Assembly: GCA_964456235.1 (NCBI GenBank) | Contig: CAYWDX010000002.1 | Coordinates: 78,061 to 142,060, forward strand | Direction of reading: 5' to 3' | Source: an uncultured Candidatus Saccharibacteria bacterium | GTDB taxonomy: Bacteria; Patescibacteriota; Minisyncoccia; UBA6257; 2-01-FULL-56-20 | Length of the DNA: 64,000 bases | Shown here: positions 17,236 to 28,443 of the stretch, piece by piece | Numbering within the stretch: position 1 is the first letter of the stretch | Layout: every line of letters begins with the position of its first letter | Translations under genes and position numbers: made by a program | Notes under the pieces: generated by a model | Database searches by the model: none | What the model was told of the DNA's origin: nothing | What the model saw: the letters and a program-made list of their open reading frames with translations, nothing else

Positions 17236-18459
17236 TTATTGAGGCGTTGCGAGGTGCGCGAGCGAGCGAGCGCCACGCAATTTTTTGTGGTACTGGATCG
17301 CGAATCGGTGGGCTTCGTCACGCACGCGAACCAGCGTCGCCTTCGGCACACCACATGGTATTGCGCCGATGATGTCGTTTCGTTTGCGTTCCGAACCTTT
17401 CACAATGCCGAGGATCGGGATGTTCAAACTCGCCTGGCGCAGCACGCGACGAGCGGCGCTCACCTGGGCAACACCACCATCAACGAGGATGAGATCCGGC
17501 AGGCGCCAGTTATTTTTAAACCGCCGCGCGAGCATCTCGGTCAGCATGCCAACGTCGTTCGGCTGAAAAATAGTTTTGATTTTGAACTTGCGATAATCGC
17601 TCTTCTTCGGCGCACCGTCCTCAAAAACGACCATGGAACCGACCGCCGAAGTCCCGGAAATATTCGAGATGTCATATCCCTCGATGCGGTAGAGTTCGGC
17701 GTCTTTTGAACGCGGGGCAATAAACGGCGAGTCGGAGATAAGCGAGGTATCGCGGATGTGGCGCAGGGCAAAGAGCTGGTGGCGCAACGCAGTAGCCTTT
17801 TCGAAATCGAGTTCCCCGCTTGCCTCCCTCATTTCTTTTTCGAGCGATCGCAGCACAATTTTCTTTTTTCCGTCCAAAAATAATTTGAGGTGGTCTATAT
17901 TTTTACGGTACTCGCCCCGCGCTATCGCGCCAATGCACGTACCCGGGCAAAGCCCTAGTTCATAGTCAAAGCAGGGACGCGCGAATTTGCCGACACGATC
18001 TGATTCGTGCGTGCTCCAGGGGAAAATCCGGCGCAGCAGGCGCAACGCTTCTCGGGCGCTCGACGCCGAGGTGAATGGTCCCCAGCGATAGCCGCCATGC
18101 CCAGGATCTTTCCCGCGCGCGAGTTGCACGCGCGGAAATGTATCATTCGTTATCTCAATAGAGAGAAAACTTTTATCGTCCTTTTCGCGAACGTTGTAGG
18201 GCGGCAAGAATTTTTTGATGAGCTCGGCCTCGAGGATTAGGGCTTCGAGTGCCGTGTCGGTCGTTTGATGATCGATTTTTCTGATGCGCTGCACGAGCGC
18301 CTCGATGCGCACATCGTGGGGCCGTTCAAAATAGCTTGAAACGCGCCGGCGCAAATTCGCCGCCTTTCCTATATAAAGGATCCGCCCGTCATGATCCTGC
18401 ATCAAATACACCCCGGGCGAATCCGGCAGCGATTTGTAATTTAATTCTTTTTTAATCAT
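17236..18459 (-). CDS. uvrC: Excinuclease ABC subunit C (short form, 407 aa)
   Basis: GIY-YIG ([29 protein letters not shown]) and the C-terminal nuclease motif [12 protein letters not shown]. No terminal (HhH)2 region is apparent. 4-nt overlaps link it to uvrA and tsaC. Confidence 0.85.
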   Translation of the reverse strand: MIKKELNYKSLPDSPGVYLMQDHDGRILYIGKAANLRRRVSSYFERPHDVRIEALVQRIRKIDHQTTDTALEALILEAELIKKFLPPYNVREKDDKSFLSIEITNDTFPRVQLARGKDPGHGGYRWGPFTSASSAREALRLLRRIFPWSTHESDRVGKFARPCFDYELGLCPGTCIGAIARGEYRKNIDHLKLFLDGKKKIVLRSLEKEMREASGELDFEKATALRHQLFALRHIRDTSLISDSPFIAPRSKDAELYRIEGYDISNISGTSAVGSMVVFEDGAPKKSDYRKFKIKTIFQPNDVGMLTEMLARRFKNNWRLPDLILVDGGVAQVSAARRVLRQASLNIPILGIVKGSERKRNDIIGAIPCGVPKATLVRVRDEAHRFAIQYHKKLRGARSLAHLATPQ

Positions 18460-21005
18460 TGCTTCAGGGCTTTGCGGAGATAGTGGCCCGTGGCGCTCCC
18501 CGCCTTACGCGCAATATCTTCCGGCGTTCCTGTCGCGACGATCCGCCCGCCACGCTCGCCGCCTTCAGGCCCAAGATCGATCACCCAATCCGTGGTCTTA
18601 ATAACATCAAGGTTATGCTCGATAACGACCACCGTGTTGCCGCGGTCAACCAGGCGCTGCAAAACTTTGACCAGTTGATCCACGTCGGCAAAATGGAGGC
18701 CGGTCGTCGGCTCGTCGAGCAAGTAGAGCGTGCGACGCGTGTCGCGCTTCCCCAGCTCGGCGGAAAGTTTAATGCGCTGCGCCTCGCCGCCCGAGAGCGT
18801 CGTCGCCGACTGGCCAATTCGCAAATAACCAAGACCAACTTCTTCAAGAATGGCGAGTTTTTCATGGAGCCACGGAATGTCTTCAAAAAATTTCACGGCT
18901 TCTTCGACCGTCGTCTGCAAAACATCGTAAATGTTTTTACTCCGATATTCTACTTCGAGGGTTTCGCGATCAAAACGTTTCCCTTTACACACATCGCAGC
19001 TCACATAGACCGTCGGCAGGAAGTGCATCTCGATGGCGATCGTGCCATGGCCTTCGCAGTTCTCACAACGCCCGCCGGGCACGTTAAAGCTGAACCTTCC
19101 CGGCTTGTACCCGCGCACCCGGGCGTCTTCCGTCGCCGCAAAAAGATCGCGGATGTGCGTCCAGGCGCCAATATACGTCGCCGGGTTTGAACGCGGCGTG
19201 CGGCCGATCGCGGCTTGGTCAATATTGATGACGCGATTAATATATTCGAGTCCGAGAATCGATTTGACGCCGCCGGCTTTGAAATTGGCGTGGTTGAGCT
19301 TGTCGGCAATATTTTTATAGAGAACGTCGTAGACGAGGCTCGATTTGCCCGAACCAGAAACGCCGGTCACCGCGATGAAACGCCGGAGCGGAATGTCTAC
19401 GTCGACATCCTTAAGGTTGTTCGCGTGAGCCCCGCGGATTTTCAACGCATCTCCCTCGACGACACCACCCTTGCCGATTTTTACCTTGCGTCGCTCCGCG
19501 GGCACTTCGATAAACTTTTTCCCGCGCAGGTATTGGAGCGTCAGCGAAGTCCTTTTTGCATCTTTAAGAATTTCCGGAATCGGCCCTTGAGCAACGATCT
19601 GCCCGCCATGCACGCCCGCCGCCGGACCAATGTCAACGAGATAATCTGAAGCGCGGATCGTGTCTTCGTCGTGCTCAACCACGACGATCGTGTTGCCGAG
19701 GTCGCGCAAGCCTTGGAGCGTTTTGATGAGCTTTGCATTGTCGCGCTGGTGCAAACCAATCGTTGGTTCGTCCAAAATATAGAGCGTGCCGACGAGGCGC
19801 GATCCGATTTGGGATGCGAGCCGGATGCGCTGCGCCTCGCCGCCCGAAAGGGTGCCCGCCTTGCGGTCGAGCGTGAGGTATTCCAAGCCAACGTCAGCCA
19901 TGAATTTTAATCGGCTTTTAATCTCGCGGAGCGGGGCTTCGGCGACTTCTTCCTGTGACGAACTCTTAAATTTCATTTTCGAGAAAAAGGCCAGCGCGTC
20001 TTCAATGGAAAACGCGGTCACGTTCGTAATGTTTTTATTGTCGATGAGTACATTCAAACTTTCTTCGCGCAAACGTTTGCCACCGCAGACGGCGCAAATC
20101 TCTTCAGACCACAAATCTTTCGTGCCAAGTCCGTGGCATTCGGGACACGCACCGTACGGACTGTTGAATGAAAAAAGGCGCGGCTCGATTTCGGGAAACG
20201 AGAAGCCGTCGTGCGGGCAGGTGAATTTTGCAGAAAGGGAGATTTCTTTGTCGGTGATCACGGTCACGACATCGTTGCCGTATTTGAGGCCGGATTCGAT
20301 CGCTTCGGCGAGGCGCAAACGGTTGTCTTTATCCTTGAAATCCATACCCGCAGGGATCCGGTCTACCACGAGCTCGATCGTGTGCGTGTGGTAGCGCCCG
20401 AGCTCGACGCGTTCGCGCAATGAATGGTAGGTACCATCAATGCGGACTTCGGAAAAACCGGCGCCCAAAAAATCATAGAGCATCTGGTAATATTCGCCCT
20501 TGCGCCCGCGCACGACGGGCGCGAGGATCACCATATTCTTGCGCGGCCCCTTTGGCGCGTTGTTTTCTTTTGCAATATCAATCGCGACGTCAACAATTTC
20601 CTCGGTCGTCAGTTTTTTTATTTCACGCCCGCATTGGGGGCAGAACGGCTTGCCGGCGCGCGCGAAGAGCACGCGGAGATAATCATAAATTTCCGTGATG
20701 GTCGCGACCGTCGAGCGCGGATTCGATGAATGGCTTTTTTGGTCGATCGAAATGGCGGGCGAAAGCCCTTCGATATCATCAACGTCTGGTTTGTCGAGCC
20801 GCCCCAAAAACTGTCGCGCGTAGGCGGAGAGCGATTCGATGTAGCGGCGCTGCCCTTCTGCAAAAATAGTATCGAACGCCAAACTAGACTTGCCGGAACC
20901 AGAAAGGCCGGTGAAGACCACCATGGTGTCGCGCGGGATCGTGAGATCAACGTTTTTCAGGTTGTGCTCGCGGGCCCCTTTGATGATGATTTTGTCGTGT
21001 GCCAT
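18456..21005 (-). CDS. uvrA: Excinuclease ABC subunit A
   Basis: Two ABC ATPase modules ([20 protein letters not shown]), zinc-finger Cys pairs and signature LSGGEAQR x2. The start is placed at [19 protein letters not shown] (the ORF track starts 23 codons earlier). Confidence 0.9.
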   Translation of the reverse strand: MAHDKIIIKGAREHNLKNVDLTIPRDTMVVFTGLSGSGKSSLAFDTIFAEGQRRYIESLSAYARQFLGRLDKPDVDDIEGLSPAISIDQKSHSSNPRSTVATITEIYDYLRVLFARAGKPFCPQCGREIKKLTTEEIVDVAIDIAKENNAPKGPRKNMVILAPVVRGRKGEYYQMLYDFLGAGFSEVRIDGTYHSLRERVELGRYHTHTIELVVDRIPAGMDFKDKDNRLRLAEAIESGLKYGNDVVTVITDKEISLSAKFTCPHDGFSFPEIEPRLFSFNSPYGACPECHGLGTKDLWSEEICAVCGGKRLREESLNVLIDNKNITNVTAFSIEDALAFFSKMKFKSSSQEEVAEAPLREIKSRLKFMADVGLEYLTLDRKAGTLSGGEAQRIRLASQIGSRLVGTLYILDEPTIGLHQRDNAKLIKTLQGLRDLGNTIVVVEHDEDTIRASDYLVDIGPAAGVHGGQIVAQGPIPEILKDAKRTSLTLQYLRGKKFIEVPAERRKVKIGKGGVVEGDALKIRGAHANNLKDVDVDIPLRRFIAVTGVSGSGKSSLVYDVLYKNIADKLNHANFKAGGVKSILGLEYINRVINIDQAAIGRTPRSNPATYIGAWTHIRDLFAATEDARVRGYKPGRFSFNVPGGRCENCEGHGTIAIEMHFLPTVYVSCDVCKGKRFDRETLEVEYRSKNIYDVLQTTVEEAVKFFEDIPWLHEKLAILEEVGLGYLRIGQSATTLSGGEAQRIKLSAELGKRDTRRTLYLLDEPTTGLHFADVDQLVKVLQRLVDRGNTVVVIEHNLDVIKTTDWVIDLGPEGGERGGRIVATGTPEDIARKAGSATGHYLRKALKQ

Positions 21006-21180
21006 GTTAATCGATAGATTTTTGGTGAGTCTTAATGAATTCTTAATAACAGCTCGCCCCCGAGCATGGCTCATAGGGGTAGACTAAACGATTCAGTTGT
21101 ATCCCAATTATAAAGATTTGATTAAAACTTTCAACCGCAAAATGATAACCGCGCATCGGCGCGAAATGACGACCGCGAAC

Positions 21181-22974
21181 CTATACCAATGCGAGAGCCG
21201 GCTCCCCTTCCGCCGCCTGGGCACTCTGCTCATGCCATAGCGCGGCATACAGGCCATCGCGATGGCGCAGAAGTTCCTGATGGTTCCCCGATTCCGCAAT
21301 CTTCCCCTTTTGTAAAACATAAATTGTGTCGGCGTGCGCGATGGTCGAGAGGCGGTGCGCAATCATAACCGTGATGAGGTTCGGGCGCAATTGGGCGATC
21401 CCTTTGATCGTATCGGTAATTGATCTTTCCGTAATCGAATCGAGACTCGAAGTCGCTTCGTCAAAAATGATGAGTTCCGGATTGCGGAGCAGGGCGCGCG
21501 CAATCGCAAGGCGCTGGCGCTCGCCGCCCGAAATCTTCACGCCACCCTCGCCGATGCGGGTGCCGAGGCCCGTCCCCGCCCCCACGCCCGCTCCCCGTTC
21601 CGCAATAGACGTGACGGCCGCGTGCTTCAACGCGAGCCAGCACTCATCGTCGGTAGCACGCGGGTTCACAAACAAAAGATTTTCGCGGAGCGTGCCGGCG
21701 AAAAGCTGGGTGTCTTGCGAAACGTACCCAATGCGGCGGCGCAGTTCTTCATAATCAATGTCGTGCGCCTCGGTGCCATTCAGCAATAGTTTTCCGTGCG
21801 TGGGTCGGTAGAGGCCAACGAGTAACTTCACGAGCGTCGTCTTCCCCGATCCCGAATATCCCGCAAACGCCACCGTCTCCCCCTTATGAATGGCGAGATT
21901 AATATCCCGTAAGGCGGCGGCAGTACCGCCCGACCGGTATGCAAATCCAACATTTTTAAATTCAATCTTTTCAAGCGGGCCGGCCGCCACCGGATGCGCC
22001 GGCTTTTCTTCTGGCTTGATCGCAAGGACTTCTTCCAGTTTCTCCAAACTGCCCCTCGCTTCTTGATATTGCGCGGCAACGGTTCCGATCTCACCCAAGG
22101 GGTTGAAAATAAAGAATGAATAGAACCAGAGTGTCAGGAATTGTCCGAGCGAAACATCGCCCCGCAAAATAAGCCACAGCATCACAAAAAGAATGCCCGA
22201 CCGCAGGCCATTAGTGACCGTCCCCTGCGTAAAGCTCAACTTGCGGATCATCGTGAGCTTCGAGAGCTCGAGCTGCAAAACTCGTTCATTGACTTCGTTC
22301 AAGCGCTTGGTTTCCTGCTGTTCGAGGCCCAAACTTTTTACCAACTCCACGTTGCGGAGCGTTTCGGTCGTAGAGCCGGCGAGATTGGCAGATTCAACCA
22401 CAATATTTTTTTGGATCGCCTTAATTTTCTTCCCAAGGAAAAACACTGCGGTGCCAAGGAGTGGGATCGTGAGAAGGTACATAAGGCCGATCGCCCAATG
22501 CACAAAAAATGCGTACACCAAAACGAGGAGTACGCCGATGAGCGATGAAAAAATTACTTCCACTGAATTGATGATGAGATTCTGGCTGTCCGTGCGGGCT
22601 TTCTGCAACTTTTGGAGCAATTCGCCTGACCGTTGGTCCTCAAAAACTGCATATGGCAGCGAAAACGAATGCCCCACGGCGCGCGCGTACAGTTCGGCGC
22701 CAGCGCGCTGGCTCACCACGTTTTCGTAATATGCTTGAAAATTTTTCGCAACCCGCGAAACGAATGCGGCGCCTACCGATGCGGCGAGCAGGAGCGCTAC
22801 CCCGCGCAAGAAATCCTGGTGCGGTATCGTGCCGATTTTTGAAACATACTGGTCAATGATGAGGCGGAAAATTTGCGGGTCGGCAAGCGAAAAAGCGACG
22901 TTCACGGTTGCGAGAAACAGCGTGAGTGCGAGCAACTTCTTGTATCGCTTAAGATAACTGAAAAGCAGTGCCAT
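21181..22974 (-). CDS. ABC transporter, fused permease/ATP-binding exporter (MsbA/MdlB-like)
   Basis: 597 aa; 6 TM, then GYSGSGKTTL Walker A, ISGGERQRLAIARAL signature, IIFDEATSSLD Walker B. A Gly/Ala-rich insert lies before the signature. Confidence 0.85.
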   Translation of the reverse strand: MALLFSYLKRYKKLLALTLFLATVNVAFSLADPQIFRLIIDQYVSKIGTIPHQDFLRGVALLLAASVGAAFVSRVAKNFQAYYENVVSQRAGAELYARAVGHSFSLPYAVFEDQRSGELLQKLQKARTDSQNLIINSVEVIFSSLIGVLLVLVYAFFVHWAIGLMYLLTIPLLGTAVFFLGKKIKAIQKNIVVESANLAGSTTETLRNVELVKSLGLEQQETKRLNEVNERVLQLELSKLTMIRKLSFTQGTVTNGLRSGILFVMLWLILRGDVSLGQFLTLWFYSFFIFNPLGEIGTVAAQYQEARGSLEKLEEVLAIKPEEKPAHPVAAGPLEKIEFKNVGFAYRSGGTAAALRDINLAIHKGETVAFAGYSGSGKTTLVKLLVGLYRPTHGKLLLNGTEAHDIDYEELRRRIGYVSQDTQLFAGTLRENLLFVNPRATDDECWLALKHAAVTSIAERGAGVGAGTGLGTRIGEGGVKISGGERQRLAIARALLRNPELIIFDEATSSLDSITERSITDTIKGIAQLRPNLITVMIAHRLSTIAHADTIYVLQKGKIAESGNHQELLRHRDGLYAALWHEQSAQAAEGEPALALV

Positions 22975-22985
22975 AGACAGATATG

Positions 22986-24701
22986 CTAAACCGAATAGAT
23001 CTTCACCGCAACCGTCTTCCCCTTCACCTTGACCTCGCCCAGTTCACGCGCAGGAACCGGCTCATGCAATTTCTCCCTGGTCGCCTCGGAAATGATGATG
23101 TGTGACTTATATTCCTTATTGAGGCCCTCGAGGCGCGAAGCGGTGTTCACCGAATCGCCGATCACCGTATAGTCGAAGCGTTTTTCTGAACCCATATTGC
23201 CCACGATCGCATTTCCCGTGTGAATGCCGACGCCGATATCCACATGCGGGAATCCAGCAGCGTTCCATTTTTTTTGAAGGCGCCCGAGGCGCTGGATCAT
23301 CCCCTGTGCCGCGCGCACCGCGCGGTCGGCATGGTCCGGTTGCTCGAGGGGAGCGCCCCAAAAGGCCATGATCGCATCGCCAATGAATTTGTCGACGACG
23401 CCGTCGGTCGCTAAAATTTCTTCGGTCATTTCGGTGAAGTATTCATGCAAAAGTTTTGCCAGCAGCTCTGGATCGGTGCTCTCGGTGATGGTCGTAAACG
23501 AACGGATGTCAGAAAAAAGGATGCTTACTTCTTTTCGCTCTCCGCCGAGCGACAAGCTTTTGGGATTTTTGAGGATCATGTCAAGCACGGCCGGAGAAAA
23601 ATAATTTTGGACGGTGCGGCGGATGCGGCGCTTCTCCTGATCTGACGCATACCATTCCGTGATGCCATATTGCGTGAACGCCCCAGCGATGAGTATTTCG
23701 ATCCAAAAATAAGGAAGCAGCAGGAGCCGCTGGGCCATGAAATAGCTCGCAAGCGGTGGGGCAGCCAGGGCGACGATCGCGAGCGCAACGGCGCCCCGCA
23801 CACGCAGACGGGATAAAAGAAAGGCGACGAAGAGTGCAAAAAGGGCGCCCCCCAGATGCACGGCGATCGGTGGCAGCGCTTTGAGCGGCCGCTGCAATAA
23901 AATATTATCCAAAACGTTTGCGTGCCATTCAACGCCCGCCATTACTCCGCTGCCCATGGGCACGGCAACCACGTCATGGAGATCGCTCGCCGTTGCGCCA
24001 ATCAAAACAAAGGCATTTTCCAAACGCTCGCGCGGGATCGCGCCGCCCTTCGGAGAGCTGTCATTCAGAAAATCGCTTATTGAATAGGTCGGGAACGTTC
24101 CCGCGCCTCCCGCAAAATTGACTTCATTCGCGTCGCCTGCATCAATCGGCGCCGCATTCGCCATTGCCGCGAGTTGCGTGGCAAATGGCGTTAGCTGGCG
24201 GGCAACGGGGAACGGTCGTGCCGTGCCATCAGCTGCAAGTTTCACCGCGACGCTGCCCGTGCGCACATTCGCCGGCGACAAAAATTCTGCGAGCGGATAT
24301 ATAAAAGAGGAGCTTCCATCCGAATGCATGACGGGTTCTATCGGCAAAACAATCGGAAATTTTGCGCCGGCGATGGCGCTCGCGAGCACTGCATCATCGC
24401 GGGCATTGCTTTTATCGCTGAAGTTAATATCAACTCCTACGGCGCGCGGTGAAAACTGCGCAAGCCTACTCAAGACGTTCGCCTCAACGCTGCGAGGCCA
24501 CGGCCAGCGGCCGACCGCTGCAATACTTTTTGCGTCAATCGCGAGAATAACGATGTCGGGGTGAGGAGCGTGCGGGTGCGTGAAAGCGTCGGTACTTTGG
24601 AGGTCGAGTTTTGACACCCAAGAAAAATTCCCTACGGCGACAAGAACCCCGGCCACCAGCATAGTGAATGCAAATTTTCGGAAGGATGATGCAACAGACA
24701 C
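22986..24701 (-). CDS. CHASE2-sensor class III adenylate/guanylate cyclase
   Basis: 571 aa; N-terminal TM and periplasmic CHASE2-like domain, further TM helices, C-terminal cyclase domain (EVSILFSDIRSFTTITE...FIGDAIMAFWGAP). Confidence 0.8.
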   Translation of the reverse strand: MSVASSFRKFAFTMLVAGVLVAVGNFSWVSKLDLQSTDAFTHPHAPHPDIVILAIDAKSIAAVGRWPWPRSVEANVLSRLAQFSPRAVGVDINFSDKSNARDDAVLASAIAGAKFPIVLPIEPVMHSDGSSSFIYPLAEFLSPANVRTGSVAVKLAADGTARPFPVARQLTPFATQLAAMANAAPIDAGDANEVNFAGGAGTFPTYSISDFLNDSSPKGGAIPRERLENAFVLIGATASDLHDVVAVPMGSGVMAGVEWHANVLDNILLQRPLKALPPIAVHLGGALFALFVAFLLSRLRVRGAVALAIVALAAPPLASYFMAQRLLLLPYFWIEILIAGAFTQYGITEWYASDQEKRRIRRTVQNYFSPAVLDMILKNPKSLSLGGERKEVSILFSDIRSFTTITESTDPELLAKLLHEYFTEMTEEILATDGVVDKFIGDAIMAFWGAPLEQPDHADRAVRAAQGMIQRLGRLQKKWNAAGFPHVDIGVGIHTGNAIVGNMGSEKRFDYTVIGDSVNTASRLEGLNKEYKSHIIISEATREKLHEPVPARELGEVKVKGKTVAVKIYSV

Positions 24702-24705
24702 GTCC

Positions 24706-25788
24706 TTATCCCTGCAATGGTCCGGTTACCGGTGTGATGCTCGCACCCACACTAAAGACGGCGGTTTTATCAAGAAACGCTTTTCCGGTGGATCGATCGG
24801 TCCAGGTGGCAACGACGGCGCCGGTCGCCTGGCCGAATTCAGCGGCGGACGCACCGAGGGCCGCCGTGAACACGCCCGATCGGCTGATCGTGCCAATACT
24901 CCCCAGCACCTGCCAACTCGCCGCGCTCGTCACATCTTTTTTAGACCCATCGCTCATCGTGACCGTCGCGGTGAAAGCAACCGTGTTTCCTTCGATAAGA
25001 TTATTTAAAGACGATTTCGCAGCAATAGAAAACGATTTCGGAACTACCGCAACGGCTTGGGAAGCAGGGGCAGACACAACCGGATTACCAACATTGGTTT
25101 CGACCATCGCTGGAGCAGTAACGCCGCTTGCCTGGACTTTCACATCTTCCCCTTCGTTAAATTTTGACCAATCATCCGTTGGTGCGAAAGGTTCCGGGCC
25201 TTTTGCAAAGTCGGTGGAGGCGGTCTGGTCATTCACGACGAGCGCATTTCCTTCCTCGACTACTTTTGCGGACGCTGGATCGGCACGGAGCGCGACGTTC
25301 ACCGCGTGATTACTCACATGAACCTCGCTCGTTCCCGACGCATACCAAACATCGAAAATGGTCCCGCGGACGGTCGCAACCACGGTTGGCGTTTCTACTT
25401 CGTAGGTCCCCCCTGCGGCAAGCGGCTCCACATTGGACCAAGCTTTGCCACTCGAAAGATCAAGCACCGCACTCTTTATTTTTCCATGATCGTAGATGAC
25501 GTCGTGAACCGAAAAGATACTGCCGGCCCCAAGACGCACCGTCGTGCCATCTTTGAAAATAATGGAAGCGCGGCCGTCAGCCGAAACCGTAATCACATCG
25601 CTCGCGCCGATTTCAGTCCCGATGCTTCCTGAAAATTGGGCACTCCCCCGCGCCACTTGCGTCGTACCGGTATAAATATTCAAATTACCGACGGCGGCAA
25701 AGGTCGTGGAGTTCCAATAGAACCAAAATCCTGCAGCGACGATAATGACTGCCGCTCCAACCATCCACTTCATTTTCGACTTGTTCAT
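24706..25788 (-). CDS. FecR-domain protein (TM-anchored), partner of the CHASE2 cyclase
   Basis: 360 aa; N-terminal TM; the FecR-like region lies 4 nt upstream of the cyclase. Confidence 0.55.
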   Translation of the reverse strand: MNKSKMKWMVGAAVIIVAAGFWFYWNSTTFAAVGNLNIYTGTTQVARGSAQFSGSIGTEIGASDVITVSADGRASIIFKDGTTVRLGAGSIFSVHDVIYDHGKIKSAVLDLSSGKAWSNVEPLAAGGTYEVETPTVVATVRGTIFDVWYASGTSEVHVSNHAVNVALRADPASAKVVEEGNALVVNDQTASTDFAKGPEPFAPTDDWSKFNEGEDVKVQASGVTAPAMVETNVGNPVVSAPASQAVAVVPKSFSIAAKSSLNNLIEGNTVAFTATVTMSDGSKKDVTSAASWQVLGSIGTISRSGVFTAALGASAAEFGQATGAVVATWTDRSTGKAFLDKTAVFSVGASITPVTGPLQG

Positions 25789-25826
25789 AGAATTATGATT
25801 TTTCGGTTATATCACCTTCGCTCTTA

Positions 25827-26132
25827 TCATCTGCGCAAAACACCTATAACAACCAGTGCATTGAACAATGCGAGTAGGGCGTTACCAAATATGAGTGCGG
25901 GCAGCTTGCGGAAGATACCATACGCAACCCACGCAAGAGATCCGAGCATAAGGAGGGCCCACGAGAGGGCCGAAACGCCTGAAACATCTTGACTGACCCA
26001 AACCGCTACCACTTGCGGAAGGAGCGCGAGCGGACCAATCAAGCCAACCACAATCATAAAGCGATCGAAAAAACTAGCACGCCCTTCTTTAGCTATCTTT
26101 TCGGCGTGGTGCAATCCACTCGAATGGTGCAT
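25827..26132 (-). CDS. SemiSWEET (PQ-loop/MtN3-like) small sugar transporter
   Basis: 101 aa, 3 TM; LALLPQVVAVWVSQDVSGVSALSWALLMLGSLAWVAYGIFRKLPALIFGN follows the SemiSWEET pattern (PQ motif, S/T-x-x-ISR/S, W..YG, LP). Confidence 0.5.
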   Translation of the reverse strand: MHHSSGLHHAEKIAKEGRASFFDRFMIVVGLIGPLALLPQVVAVWVSQDVSGVSALSWALLMLGSLAWVAYGIFRKLPALIFGNALLALFNALVVIGVLRR

Positions 26133-26141
26133 GTTCTTATT

Positions 26142-28181
26142 CTACCGCTTGCCCGCCGTCTGCGCCACATCCTTCGGTCCCGCGAGCGCCTTCTTCGTGA
26201 GCTCTTTGATCTCGTCGCGCAAGATTACTGCAAGTTCAAAATCAAGATGCTTGGCTGCCTCGCGCATCTCGCGTTCTTTTTCGGCAATCAATTTTTGCAT
26301 GCCCAGTTTTGATTTCGGCACCGGCTTGGTTTCGAGCGCAAGTATCTCGTCGATGTTCGGCAAAATATCGGTGATCGCCTTCACGACGGTGCGCGGCGTG
26401 ATGCCGTGCTGCTCGTTATGGGCAACCTGAATTTTGCGGCGCCGGTCAGTTTCGGCGACCGCGCGCGCCATCGAACCGGTAATGTGGTCGGCATACATAA
26501 GGACCTCTCCCTCAACGTTACGCGCGGCGCGGCCGATCGTTTGGATGAGCGAAACTTCGCTGCGCAAAAATCCTTCCTTATCGGCGTCCATGATGGCGAC
26601 GAGCGACACTTCGGGAAGGTCGAGGCCCTCGCGCAACAAATTCACGCCGACTAAAATTTCGATTTTCCCTCGCCGCAGGTCAGTCAAAATTTTGATACGA
26701 TCCAGCGTTTTCACATCGCTGTGCAAATACGACACTTTCATTTTTTTCTCCTCAAGGTACGCAGCGAGGTCCTCGGCCATGCGCTTCGTGAGCGTCGTCA
26801 CGAGTACCCGTTCTTTTTTCGCGACGCGCCCCTCGATGCGCGGAATAAGGTCGTCAACCTGCCCGCGCGCGGGACGGATGGTTATTTTCGGATCAACAAG
26901 GCCGGTGGGGCGAATGATCTGTTCCACGATTTGGCCCTCGGGCGGCGCGCTCTCCTTTCGTTCGTAAGGGCCGGGCGTCGCCGACGTGTAAATAGTTTGG
27001 CCGATGCGATTCACGAATTCAGGGAATCGGAGTGGGCGGTTATCCTTTGCCGACGGCAAGCGGAATCCGTATTCAACAAGCGTTTTTTTGCGTGAGGAAT
27101 CGCCCTCGAACATGCCTTGCAGTTGGGGCACCGTCATGTGCGACTCGTCGACTACCGTAAGGAAATCGGGCTTGCCGTCGGCAGTGTGGGGGAAATAATC
27201 GAGTAGCGTGTCCGGCGGCTCGCCCTCGCGGCGGCCGGAAAGGTGGCGCGAATAATTTTCGATGCCGTGGCAATAGCCCACCTCGCGCATCATCGCGATA
27301 TCAAATTTCGTGCGCCGCTCGAGGCGCTCCGCCTCAAGGAATTTCTTTTCGCGCTCGAAATATTTTAGCTGCGCCTTGAGTTCTTCTTGGATCGCCTTGA
27401 TCGCGCGTTCGCGTTCGGGCGCTTCAGTAATGAAGTGCTTTGCCGGCGCAAAAATGACATCGGGAATTTGCGGCGTTTTCCCGGGACGGAAGCCCGCGAC
27501 GGGATCAATTTCATAAATGGCGCGGATCACGCCGTGCACCACTTCAAAGTTATAAATCACTTCGCGATCAGCCGGCATGATCTCCCAGTTTTCCCCACGC
27601 AAACGATACGTGCCGCGCTTAAGATCACCGTTCGTCCGGCTAAATTGCAACTCCACCAATTTACGCGCAAAATCTTTTCGTTCGATTTTGTCGCCGACTT
27701 TGAAATGGAAAATATTTTGTGCGTACACTTCCGGCGCGCCCAATCCGTAAATGCACGAAACCGAGGCCACGATGATCACGTCGCGGCGTGTGAGGAGCGC
27801 GGTCGTCGCCGCGTGCCGCAATTTGTCGATTTCGTCATTGATCAGCGCCTCCTTGTCTATATAGGTATCGCTCGAAGGAATATATGCTTCGGGCTGGTAG
27901 TAGTCATAGTACGAAACGAAATAATTGACCGAATTTTTCGGAAACAGTTCGCGGAACTCATTGCATAGTTGCGCGGCGAGCGTTTTGTTATGGGCGATCA
28001 CCAGGGCCGGTTTCCCATACTGCGCGATCACGTTCGCGATCGTGAATGTTTTCCCGCTGCCCGTCACGCCGAGAAGTGTTTGCTCGCGGAAGTCGCGCCA
28101 CAAGCCGGAAACGAGCGACTCAATCGCTTTTGGCTGATCCCCTGCGGGTTTGTTATTTGAAATAAGTTCGAAGTTTTTCAT
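26142..28181 (-). CDS. uvrB: Excinuclease ABC subunit B
   Basis: Helicase motifs (GVTGSGKT), UvrB beta-hairpin, C-terminal UVR domain. The start is placed at MKNFELISNNKPAGDQPKAI by alignment to the UvrB N-terminus (the ORF track starts 24 codons upstream). Confidence 0.9.
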   Translation of the reverse strand: MKNFELISNNKPAGDQPKAIESLVSGLWRDFREQTLLGVTGSGKTFTIANVIAQYGKPALVIAHNKTLAAQLCNEFRELFPKNSVNYFVSYYDYYQPEAYIPSSDTYIDKEALINDEIDKLRHAATTALLTRRDVIIVASVSCIYGLGAPEVYAQNIFHFKVGDKIERKDFARKLVELQFSRTNGDLKRGTYRLRGENWEIMPADREVIYNFEVVHGVIRAIYEIDPVAGFRPGKTPQIPDVIFAPAKHFITEAPERERAIKAIQEELKAQLKYFEREKKFLEAERLERRTKFDIAMMREVGYCHGIENYSRHLSGRREGEPPDTLLDYFPHTADGKPDFLTVVDESHMTVPQLQGMFEGDSSRKKTLVEYGFRLPSAKDNRPLRFPEFVNRIGQTIYTSATPGPYERKESAPPEGQIVEQIIRPTGLVDPKITIRPARGQVDDLIPRIEGRVAKKERVLVTTLTKRMAEDLAAYLEEKKMKVSYLHSDVKTLDRIKILTDLRRGKIEILVGVNLLREGLDLPEVSLVAIMDADKEGFLRSEVSLIQTIGRAARNVEGEVLMYADHITGSMARAVAETDRRRKIQVAHNEQHGITPRTVVKAITDILPNIDEILALETKPVPKSKLGMQKLIAEKEREMREAAKHLDFELAVILRDEIKELTKKALAGPKDVAQTAGKR

Positions 28182-28443
28182 GGATAGCGGGTGATGCTTT
28201 CCCCGTCTCGCCGCGCCGCTTTGAGCAGAAATCCCCCACGGGTCAGGACCCAAGGGGTGGCTATCTCGCCTTCACTTTACGCTCCGCCGCCGAGACCGTC
28301 AAACAAAAACCGCTTCTCACCTCACATGAGCAGCGGCCTTTGTTTCGGTTAACCGTTATAAGTAACGTTAACTACAGGATTAATTATATCAGACTCATGG
28401 GATGGCGGGGTGTGGATAAAAACCGCGCTTTCTATGGCGCTTT

